Source: the human T2T-CHM13v2.0 reference genome, Homo sapiens. Taken from it: a stretch of DNA of 64,000 nucleotides. Where the stretch lies: NCBI RefSeq assembly GCF_009914755.1, contig NC_060937.1; one strand, written 5' to 3'. A program made the translations under genes and the position numbers. Positions within the stretch are counted from its first letter, which is position 1. Each line of letters opens with the position of its first letter. This document shows positions 49,401 to 63,600 of the stretch, piece after piece. Below the pieces are notes generated by a model that saw only the letters and a list, made by a program, of their open reading frames with translations, was not told where the DNA came from and made no database searches.

Positions 49401-50542
49401 ATATCAAACTACACCAAATATATATTATATGCTGTACATAATATATTAAAGTTGCCCATATATACATTATATACTGTACATAAAATATGAACGTACATCA
49501 AATATATAGTATATGCTGCACATAAAATATCAAAGTACCCAAAGTATGTATTATACACTGTACATAAAATATCAAAGTACCAAAAGTATATATTACATAC
49601 TGTAAATAAAATATGAACGTACCTCAAATATATATTATATTCTGTACATAAAACATCAAAGTACACCAAGTATATACTATATACTCTGCATAAAATATTA
49701 AATTACCCAAAATATGTATTGCATTGTGTACATAAAATATGAAAGTAACCAAACATTTATAATAAACTGTACATAAAATTTCAAAGTACTCAAACTGTAT
49801 ATTATATACTGTACATAAAGTATCAAAGTACCCAAACTGTGTAGTATATACTGTACATAAAATATCAAGGTACCCAAAATATATATTGTAAACTGTAGAT
49901 AAAATATCAAAGTACCCAAAATATATATTATATACTGTACATAAAATACGAAGGCACATCCAATATATACTATATTCTGTACATAAAATATCAAAGTACA
50001 CCAAATGTATATTATATACTGTACAAAAAATATCAAAGTACCCAAAGTGTATATTATATACTGTACATAAAATATGAAGGTTCATCAAATATATTTTATA
50101 TTCTGCACATAATATATCAAAGTACAGCAAATATATATTATATACTGTACATAAAATATCAAAGTACCCAAAATATGTATTATATACTGTACATAAAATA
50201 TGAAAGTAACCAAACATTTATAATAAACTGTACATAAAGTATCAAAGTACTCAAACTACATATTATATACAGTATATAAAATGTCAAAGTACCCAAACTG
50301 TATATTATATACTGTACATAATATATCAAAGTACCCGAATATATAGCATACTGTACATAAAATATCAAGGTACCCAAAGTGTGTATTATACACTGCACAT
50401 AAAATATGAAGGTACATAAAATATATATTGTATTCTGTACATAAAATATCAAAGTACTCCAAATATATATTATATGCTGTACATAATATATTAAAGTCGC
50501 CCAAATATATATTATATACTGTACATAAAATATGAAGGTACA
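37485..50542 (+). repeat. 13,058-bp super-repeat copy A, made of HORs of 3,474 + 3,013 + 4,101 + 2,470 bp (copies 13-16)
   Basis: HOR landmarks at 37485, 40959, 43972, 48073 and 50543. Essentially every ORF recurs at +13,058. Confidence 0.92.
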
Positions 50543-53500
50543 TCAAATATATATTATATGCTGCACATAAAATATCAAAGTACCCAAAGTATGTGTTATA
50601 TACTGTACATAAAATATCAAAGTACCCAAAGTATATATTATATACTGTACATAAAATATAAAATACCCCAAATATATATTATATGCTGTACATAAAATAT
50701 CAAAGTACACAAAATATGTATTATATACTGTACATAAAATACCAAAGGACCCAAAATATATATTATATACTGTACATAAAATATCAAAATACCCAAAATA
50801 TATATTATATACTGTACATAAAATACCAAAGTACCCAAAGTATATATTATATACCGTACAAAAAATATCAAAGTAGCCAAAATATGTATTATACACTGTA
50901 CATAATATATGAAAGTACCCAAACATTTATAATAAACTGTACATAAAATATCAATGTACTCAAACTATATATTATGTGCGGTACATAAGATATCAAATTA
51001 CCCATACTATATAGTATATACTGCACTTAAAATATCAAAATACCCAAAATATATATTATATACGTTACATAAACTATCAAATACACAAAGTATGTATTAT
51101 ATACTGTACATAAAATAGCAAAGTTCCCAAAATATGTATTATATACTGTACATAAAATATGAAAGTACCCAACCATTTATAATAAACTCTACATAAAATA
51201 CCAAAGTACCCAAACTGTGTATTATATACTGTCCATAAAATATCAAAGTACCCAAAATATATATTGTAAACTGTACATAAAATATCAAAGTAGCCAAAAT
51301 ACATATTGTATACTGTACATAAAATATGAAAGTACCCCAAATATGTATTATATACTGTACATAAAATATCAAAGTACCCATAATACATATTATATACTGT
51401 ACATAAAATATCAAAGGACCCAAAATAAACATTATATACTGTACATAAAATATCCAAATACTCAAAATATATATTACGTACTGTACATAAAATATCAAAG
51501 TACCCAAATTATGTATTATATACTGTACGTAAAATATCAGAGTACCCAAAATATGCATTATATACTGTACATAAAATATGAAAGTAACAATACATTTATA
51601 ATAAACTGTACATAAAATATCAAAGTACTCAAACTATATATCATATACTGTACATAAAATATCAAAGTACCCAAACTGTGTATTATTATATACTGTATAT
51701 AAAATATCAAAGTACCTGAAATATATACTGTATACTGTACATAAAATATCAAAGTACCCAAAATATATACTATATACTGTACATAAAATATGAAGGTACA
51801 TCAAATATATATTATATCCTGTACATAAAATATCAAAGTACACCTATTATATATTGTGTACTGTACATAATATATTAAATCGCCCAAATATATATTGTAT
51901 ACTGTATATAAAATATGAAGGTACTTCAAATATATATTATATGCTGCACATAAAATATCAAAGTACCCAAAGTATGCATTAAACACTGTACATAAAATAT
52001 CAAAGTACACATATTATCTATTATATAATGTACATAAAATATGAAGGTTCATCAAATATATATTATATTCTGTACATAATATATCAAAGTACATCAAATA
52101 TATATTATATACTGTACATAAAATATCAAAGTACCAAAAATATGTATTATATACTGTACATAAAACATGAAAGTAACCAAACATTTATAATAAACTGTAC
52201 ATAAAATATCAAAGTACTCAATCTACATATTATATACAGTATATAAAATATCAAAGTACACAAACTGTATATTATATACTGTACATAATATATCAAAGTA
52301 CCCAGAATATATAGCATACTGTACATAAAATATCAAAGTACCCAAAATGTATATTGTATACTGTACATAAAATATGAAGGTACATCAAAGATATATTATA
52401 TTCTGTACATAAAATATCAAAGTACACCAAATATATATTATATGCTGTACATAATATATTAAAGTTGCCCATATATACATTATATACTGTACATAAAATA
52501 TGAACGTACATCAAATATATAGTATATGCTGCACATAAAATATCAAAGTACCCAAAGTATGTATTATACACTGTACATAAAATATCAAAGTACCAAAAGT
52601 ATATATTACATACTGTAAATAAAATATGAAGGTACCTCAAATATATATTATATTCTGTACATAAAATATCAAAGTACACCAAGTATATACTATATACTCT
52701 GCATAAAATATTAAATTACCCAAAATATGTATTGCATTGTGTACATAAAATATGAAAGTAACCAAACATTTATAATAAACTGTACATAAAATATCAAAGT
52801 ACTCAAACTGTATATTATATACTGTACATAAAGTATCAAAGTACCCAAACTGTGTAGTATATACTGTACATAAAATATCAAGGTACCCAAAATATATATT
52901 GTAAACTGTAGATAAAATATCAAAGTACCCAAAATATATATTATATACTGTACATAAAATATGAAGGCACATCCAATATATATTATATTCTGTACATAAT
53001 ATATCAAAGTACACCAAATGTATATTATATACTGTACATAAAATATCAAAGTACCCAAAGTGTATATTATATACTGTACATAAACTATGAAAGTTCATCA
53101 AATATATTTTATATTCTGCACATAATATATCAAAGTACAGCAAATATATATAATATACTGTACATAAAATATCAAAGTACCCAAAATATGTATTATATAC
53201 TGTACATAAAATATGAAAGTAACCAAACATTTATAATAAACTGTACATAAAATATGAAAGTACTCAAACTGTATATTATATACTCTACATAAAGTATCAA
53301 AGTACCCAAACTGTGTAGTATATACTGTACATAAAATATCAAGGTACCCAAAACATATATTGTAAACTGTAGATAAAATATCAAAGTACCCAAAATATAT
53401 ATTATATACTGTACATGAAATATGAAGGCCCCTCCAATATATATTATACTCTGTACATAAAATATCAAAGTACACCAAATGTATATTATATACTGTACAT

Positions 53501-56500
53501 AAAATATCAAAGTACCCAAAGTGTATATTATATACTGTACATAAACTATGAAGGTTCATCAAATATATTTTATATTCTGCACATAATATATCAAAGTACA
53601 GCAAATATATATTATATACTGTACATAAAATATCAAAGTACCCAAATTATGTATTATATACTGTACATAAAATATGAAAGTAAGCAAACATTTATAATAA
53701 ACTGTACATAAAGTATCAAAGTACTCAAACTACATATTATATACAGTATATAAAATATCAAAGTACCCAAACTGTATATTATATAATGTACATAATATAT
53801 CAAAGTACCCGAATATATAGCATACTCTACATAAAATATCAAAGTACCCAAAGTTTGTATTATACACTGCACATAAAATATGGAGGTACATCAAAGATAT
53901 ATTATATTCTGTACATAAAATATCAAAGTACACCAAATATATGTTATATGCTGTACATAATATATTAAAGTCGACCAAATATATATTATATACTGTACAT
54001 AAAATATGAAGGTACATCAAATATATATTATATGCTGCACATAAAATATCAAAGTACCCAAAGTATGTGTTATATACTGTACATAAAATATCAAAGTACC
54101 CAAAGTATATATTATATACTGTACATAAAATATAAAATACCCCAAATATATATTATATGCTCTACATAAAATATCAAAGTACACAAAATATGTATTATAT
54201 ACTGTACATAAAATACCAAAGGACCCAAAATATATATTATATACCGTACATAAAATATCAAAATACCCAAAATATATATTATATACTGTACATAAAATAC
54301 CAAAGTACCCAAAGTATATATTATATACCGTACAAAAAATATCAAAGTAGCCAAAATATGTATTATACACTGTACATAATATATGAAAGTACCCAAACAT
54401 TTATAATAAACTGTACATAAAATATCAATGTACTCAAACTATATATTATGTGCGGTACATAAGATATCAAAGTACCCATACTATATAGTATATACTGTAC
54501 TTAAAATATCAAAATACCCAAAATATATATTATATACGTTACATAAACTATCAAATACACAAAGTATGTATTATATACTGTACATAAAATAGCAAAGTTC
54601 CCAAAATATGTATTATATACTGTACATAAAATATGAAAGTACCCAACCATTTATAATAAAGTCTACATAAAATACCAAAGTACCCAAACTGTGTATTATA
54701 TACTGTCCATAAAATATCAAAGGACCCAAAATATATATTGTAAACTCTACATAAAATATCAAAGTAGCCAAAATACATATTGTATACTGTACATAAAATA
54801 TAAAAGTACCCCAAATATATATTATATACTGTACATAAAATATCAAAGTACCCATAATACATATTATACACTGTACATAAAATATCAAAGGACCCAAAAT
54901 AAACATTATATACTGTACATAAAATATCCAAATACTCAAAATATATATTACATACTGTACATAAAATATCAAAGTACCCAAATTATGTATTATACACTGT
55001 ACGTAAAATATCAGAGTACCCAAAATATGCATTATATACTGTACATAAAATATGAAAGTAACAAAACATTTATAATAAACTGTACATAAAATATCAAAGT
55101 ACTCAAACTATATATCATATACTCTACATAAAATATCAAAGTACCCAAACTGTGTATTATTATATACTGTATATAAAATATCAAAGTACCTGAAATATAT
55201 ACTGTATACTGTACATAAAATATCAAAGTACCCAAAATATATACTATATACTGTACATAAAATATGAAGGTACATCAAATATATATTATATCCTGTACAT
55301 AAAATATCAAAGTACACCTATTATATATTGTGTACTGTACATAATATATTAAATCGCCCAAATATATATTGTATACTGTATATAAAATATGAAGGTACTT
55401 CAAATATATATTATATGCTGCACATAAAATATCAAAGTACCCAAAGTATGCATTACATACTGTACATAAAATATCAAAGTACACATATTATCTATTATAT
55501 AATGTACATAAAATATGAAGGTTCATCAAATATATATTATATTCTGTACATAATATATCAAAGTACATCAAATATATATTATATACTGTACATAAAATAT
55601 CAAAGTACCAAAAATATGTATTATATACTGTACATAAAACATGAAAGTAACCAAACATTTATAATAAACTGTACATAAAATATCAAAGTACTCAATCTAC
55701 ATATTATATACAGTATATAAAATATCAAAGTACACAAACTGTATATTATATACTGTACATAATATATCAAAGTACCCAGAATATATAGCATACTGTACTT
55801 AAAATATCAAACTACCCAAAATATATATTGTATACTGTACATAAAATATGAAGGTACATCAAAGATATATTATATTCTGTACATAAAATATCAAAGTACA
55901 CCAAATATATATTATATGCTGTACATAATATATTAAAGTTGCCCATATATACATTATATACTGTACATAAAATATGAACGTACATCAAATATATAGTATA
56001 TGCTGCACATAAAATATCAAAGTACCCAAAGTATGTATTATACACTGTACATAAAATATCAAAGTACCAAAAGTATATATTACATACTGTAAATAAAATA
56101 TGAAGGTACCTCAAATATATATTATATTCTGTACATAAAATATCAAAGTACACCAAGTATATACTATATACTCTGCATAAAATATTAAATTACCCAAAAT
56201 ATGTATTGCATTGTGTACATAAAATATGAAAGTAACCAAACATTTATAATAAACTGTACATAAAATATCAAAGTACTCAAACTGTATATTATATACTGTA
56301 CATAAACTATCAAAGTACCCAAACTGTGTAGTATATACTGTACATAAAATATCAAGGTACCCAAAATATATATTGTAAACTGTAGATAAAATATCAAAGT
56401 ACCCAAAATATATATTATATACTGTACATAAAATATGAAGGCACATCCAATATATATTATATTCTGTACATAATATATCAAAGTACACCAAATGTATATT

Positions 56501-59500
56501 ATATACTGTACATAAAATATCAAAGTACCCAAAGTGTATATTATATACTGTACATAAACTATGAAAGTTCATCAAATATATTTTATATTCTGCACATAAT
56601 ATATCAAAGTACAGCAAATATATATTATATACTGTACATAAAATATCAAAGTACCCAAAATATGTATTATATACTGTACATAAAATATGAAAGTAACCAA
56701 ACATTTATAATAAACTGTACATAAAGTATCAAAGTACTCAAACTACATATTATATACAGTATATAAAATGTCAAAGTACCCAAACTGTATATTATATACT
56801 GTACATAATATATCAAAGTACCTGAATATATAGCATACTGTACATAAAATATCAAAGTACCCAAAGTGTGTATTATACACTGCACATAAAATATGAAGGT
56901 ACATAAAGTATATATTGTATTCTGTACATAAAATATCAAAGTACTCCAAATATATATTATATGCTGTACATAATATATTAAAGTCGCCCAAATATATATT
57001 ATATACTGTACATAAAATATGAAGGTACATCAAATATATATTATATGCTGCACATAAAATATCAAAGTACCCAAAGTATGTGTTATATACTGTACATAAA
57101 ATATCAAAGTACCCAAAGTATATATTATATACTGTACATAAAATATAAAATACCCCAAATATATATTATATGCTGTACATAAAATATCAAAGTACACAAA
57201 ATATGTATTATATACTGTACATAAAATACCAAAGGACCCAAAATATATATTATATACTGTACATAAAATATCAAAATACCCAAAATATATATTATATACT
57301 GTACATAAAATACCAAAGTACCCAAAGTATATATTATATACCGTACAAAAAATATCAAAGTAGCCAAAATATGTATTATACACTGTACATAATATATGAA
57401 AGTACCCAAACATTTATAATAAACTGTACATAAAATATCAATGTACTCAAACTATATATTATGTGCGGTACATAAGATATCAAATTACCCATACTATATA
57501 GTATATACTGCACTTAAAATATCAAAATACCCAAAATATATATTATATACGTTACATAAACTATCAAATACACAAAGTATGTATTATATACTGTACATAA
57601 AATAGCAAAGTTCCCAAAATATGTATTATATACTGTACATAAAATATGAAAGTACCCAACCATTTATAATAAACTCTACATAAAATACCAAAGTACCCAA
57701 ACTGTGTATTATATACTGTCCATAAAATATCAAAGTACCCAAAATATATATTGTAAACTGTACATAAAATATCAAAGTAGCCAAAATACATATTGTATAC
57801 TGTACATAAAATATGAAAGTACCCCAAATATGTATTATATACTGTACATAAAATATCAAAGTACCCATAATACATATTATATACTGTACATAAAATATCA
57901 AAGGACCCAAAATAAACATTATATACTGTACATAAAATATCCAAATACTCAAAATATATATTACGTACTGTACATAAAATATCAAAGTACCCAAATTATG
58001 TATTATATACTGTACGTAAAATATCAGAGTACCCAAAATATGCATTATATACTGTACATAAAATATGAAAGTAACAATACATTTATAATAAACTGTACAT
58101 AAAATATCAAAGTACTCAAACTATATATCATATACTGTACATAAAATATCAAAGTACCCAAACTGTGTATTATTATATACTGTATATAAAATATCAAAGT
58201 ACCTGAAATATATACTGTATACTGTACATAAAATATCAAAGTACCCAAAATATATACTATATACTGTACATAAAATATGAAGGTACATCAAATATATATT
58301 ATATCCTGTACATAAAATATCAAAGTACACCTATTATATATTGTGTACTGTACATAATATATTAAATCGCCCAAATATATATTGTATACTGTATATAAAA
58401 TATGAAGGTACTTCAAATATATATTATATGCTACACATAAAATATCAAAGTACCCAAAGTATGCATTAAACACTGTACATAAAATATCAAAGTACACATA
58501 TTATCTATTATATAATGTACATAAAATATGAAGGTTCATCAAATATATATTATATTCTGTACATAATATATCAAAGTACATCAAATATATATTATATACT
58601 GTACATAAAATATCAAAGTACCAAAAATATGTATTATATACTGTACATAAAACATGAAAGTAACCAAACATTTATAATAAACTGTACATAAAATATCAAA
58701 GTACTCAATCTACATATTATATACAGTATATAAAATATCAAAGTACACAAACTGTATATTATATACTGTACATAATATATCAAAGTACCCAGAATATATA
58801 GCATACTGTACATAAAATATCAAAGTACCCAAAATGTATATTGTATACTGTACATAAAATATGAAGGTACATCAAAGATATATTATATTCTGTACATAAA
58901 ATATCAAAGTGCACCAAATATATATTATATGCTGTACATAATATATTAAAGTTGCCCATATATACATTATATACTGTACATAAAATATGAACGTACATCA
59001 AATATATAGTATATGCTGCACATAAAATATCAAAGTACCCAAAATATATACTATATACTGTACATAAAATATGAAGGTACATCAAATATATATTATATCC
59101 TGTACATAAAATATCAAAGTACACCTATTATATATTGTGTACTGCACATAATATATTAAATCGCCCAAATATATATTGTATACTGTATATAAAATATGAA
59201 GGTACTTCAAATATATATTATATGCTGCACATAAAATATCAAAGTACCCAAAGTATGCATTACATACTGTACATAAAATATCAAATTACAAAAATTATAT
59301 ATTATATTCTGTACATAAAATATGTAGGTTCTTCAAATATATTTTATATTCTGTACATAATATATCAAAGTACATCAAATATATATTATATACGGTACAT
59401 AAAATATCAAAGTACCCAAAATATGTATTAATTACTGTGCATAAAATATGAAAGTAACCAAACATTTATAATAAACTGTACATAAAATATCAAACTACTC

Positions 59501-62500
59501 AATCTACATATTATATACAGTATATAAAATATCAAAGTACACAAACTGTATATTATATACTGTACATAATATATCAAAGTACCCAGAATATATAGCATAC
59601 TGTACATACAATATCAAAGTACCCAGAATGTATATTGTATTCTGTACATAAAATATGAATGTACATCAAAGATATATTATATTCTGTACATAAAATATCA
59701 AAGTACACCAAATATATATTATATGCTGTACATAATATATTAAAGTTGCCCATGCATACATTTTATACTGTACATAAAATATGAAGGTACATCAAATATA
59801 TAGTATATGCTGCACATAAAATATCAAAGTACCCAAAGTATGTATTATATACTGTACATAAAATATCAAAGTACCAAAAGTATATATTACCTACTGTAAA
59901 TACAATATGAAGATACCTCAAATATATATTATATTCTGTACATGAAATATCAAAGTACACCAAGTATATACTATATACTCTACATAAAATATTAAATTAC
60001 CCAAAATATGTATTGTATTGTGTACATAAAATATGAAAGTAACCAAACATTTATAATAAACTGTACATAAAATATCAAAGTACTCAAACTTTATATTATA
60101 TACTGTACATAAAGTATCAAAGTACCCAAACTGTGTAGTATATACTGTACATAAAATATCAAGGTACCCAAAATGTATATTGTAAACTGTAGATAAAATA
60201 TCAAAGTACCCAAAATATATATTATATACTGTACATAAAATATGAAGGCTCATCCAATATATATTATATTCTGTACATAAAATATCAAAGTACACCAAAT
60301 GTATATTATATACTGTACATAAAATATAAAACTACGCCAAATATATCTTATATACTCTACATAAAATATCAAAGTACCCAAAATATATATTATATACTGT
60401 ACATAAAATATCAAAGTACCCATAGTATGTATTATATCCTGTACATAAAATATGAAGGTACATCAAATATATATTCTATTCTGCACATAAAATATCATAT
60501 TGCACCAAATATATATTGTATACTGTATATAAAATATGAAGGTACTTCAAATATATATTATATGCTGCACATAAAATATCAAAGTACCCAAAGTATGCAT
60601 TATATACTGTACATAAAATATCAAAGTACCCAAAGTGTATATTATATACTGTACATAAAATATGAAGGTTCATCAAATATATTTTATATTCTGCACATAA
60701 TATATCAAAGTACAGCAAATATATACTATATACTGTACATAAAATATCAAAGTACCCAAAATATGTATTATATACTGTACATAAAATATGAAAGTAACCA
60801 AACATTTATAATAAACTGTACATAAAATATCAAAGTACTCAAACTACATATTATATACAGTATATAAAATGTCAAAGTACCCAAACTGTATATTATATAC
60901 TGTACATAATATATCAAAGTACCCAAATATATAGCATACTGTACATAAAATATCAAAGTACCCAAAGTGTGTATTATACACTGCACATAAAATATGAAGG
61001 TACATCAAAGATATATTATATTCTGTACATAAAATATCAAAGTACACCAAATATATATTATATGCTGTACAGAATATATTAAAGTCGACCAAATATATAT
61101 TATATACTGTACATAAAATATGAAGGTACATCAAATATATATTATATGCTGCACATAAAATATCAAAGTACCCAAAGTATGTATTATATACTGTACATAA
61201 AATATCAAAGTACCCAAAGTATATATTATATACTGTACATAAAATATAAAATACCCCAAATATATATTATATCCTGTACATAAAATATCAAAGTACCCAA
61301 AATATATATTGTAAACTGTACATAAAATATCAAAGTAGCCAAAATATATATTGTATACTGTCAATAAAATATAAAAGTACCCCAAATATGTATTATATAC
61401 TGTACATAAAATATCAAAGTACCGATAATACATATTATATACTGTACATAAAATATCAAAGGACCCAAAATAAACATTATATACTGTACATAAAATATCC
61501 AAATACTCAAAATATATATTACATACTGTACATAAAATATCAAAGTACCCAAATTATGTATTATATACTGTACGTAAAATATCAGAGTACCCAAAATATG
61601 CATTATATACTGTACATAAAATATGAAAGTAACAAAACATTTATAATAAACTGTACATAAAATATCAAAGTACTCAAACTATATATCATATACTGTACAT
61701 AAAATATCAAAGTACCCAAACTGTGTATTATTATATACTGTATATAAAATATCAAAGTACCTGAAATATATATTGTATACTGTACATAAAATATCAAAGT
61801 ACCCAAAATATATACTATATACTGTACATAAAATATGAAGGTACATCAAATATATATTATATCCTGTACATAAAATATCAAAGTACACCTATTATATATT
61901 GTGTACTGTACATAATATATTAAATCGCCCAAATATATATTGTATAGTGTATATAAAATATGAAGGTACTTCAAATATATATTATATGCTGCACATAAAA
62001 TATCAAAGTACCCAAAGTATGCATTACATACTGTACATAAAATATCAAAGTACACATATTATCTATTATATAATGTACAGAAAATATGAAGGTTCATCAA
62101 ATATATATTATATTCTGTACATAATATATCAAAGTACATCAAATATATATTATATACTGTACATAAAATATCAAAGTACCAAAAATATGTATTATATACT
62201 GTACATAAAATATGAAAGTAACCAAACATTTATAATAAACTGTACATAAAATATCAAAGTACTCAGTCTACATATTATATACAGTATATAAAATATCAAA
62301 GTACACACACTGTATATTATATACTGTACATAATATATCAAAATACCCAGAATATATAGCATACTGTACATACAATATCAAAGTACCCAAAATATATATT
62401 GTATACTGTACATAAAATATGAAGGTACATCAAAGATATATTATATTCTGTACATAAAATATCAAACTACACCAAATATATATTATATGCTGTACATAAT

Positions 62501-63600
62501 ATATTAAAGTTGCCCATATATACATTATATACTGTACATAAAATATGAACGTACATCAAATATATAGTATATGCTGCACATAAAATATCAAAGTACCCAA
62601 AGTATGTATTATACACTGTACATAAAATATCAAAGTACCAAAAGTATATATTACATACTGTAAATAAAATATGAACGTACCTCAAATATATATTATATTC
62701 TGTACATAAAACATCAAAGTACACCAAGTATATACTATATACTCTGCATAAAATATTAAATTACCCAAAATATGTATTGCATTGTGTACATAAAATATGA
62801 AAGTAACCAAACATTTATAATAAACTGTACATAAAATTTCAAAGTACTCAAACTGTATATTATATACTGTACATAAAGTATCAAAGTACCCAAACTGTGT
62901 AGTATATACTGTACATAAAATATCAAGGTACCCAAAATATATATTGTAAACTGTAGATAAAATATCAAAGTACCCAAAATATATATTATATACTGTACAT
63001 AAAATACGAAGGCACATCCAATATATACTATATTCTGTACATAAAATATCAAAGTACACCAAATGTATATTATATACTGTACAAAAAATATCAAAGTACC
63101 CAAAGTGTATATTATATACTGTACATAAAATATGAAGGTTCATCAAATATATTTTATATTCTGCACATAATATATCAAAGTACAGCAAATATATATTATA
63201 TACTGTACATAAAATATCAAAGTACCCAAAATATGTATTATATACTGTACATAAAATATGAAAGTAACCAAACATTTATAATAAACTGTACATAAAGTAT
63301 CAAAGTACTCAAACTACATATTATATACAGTATATAAAATGTCAAAGTACCCAAACTGTATATTATATACTGTACATAATATATCAAAGTACCCGAATAT
63401 ATAGCATACTGTACATAAAATATCAAGGTACCCAAAGTGTGTATTATACACTGCACATAAAATATGAAGGTACATAAAATATATATTGTATTCTGTACAT
63501 AAAATATCAAAGTACTCCAAATATATATTATATGCTGTACATAATATATTATAGTCGCCCAAATATATATTATATACTGTACATAAAATATGAAGGTACA
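50543..63600 (+). repeat. 13,058-bp super-repeat copy B (HOR copies 17-20)
   Basis: HOR landmarks at 50543, 54017, 57030, 61131 and 63601 give the same unit lengths and private SNPs as copy A. Confidence 0.92.
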
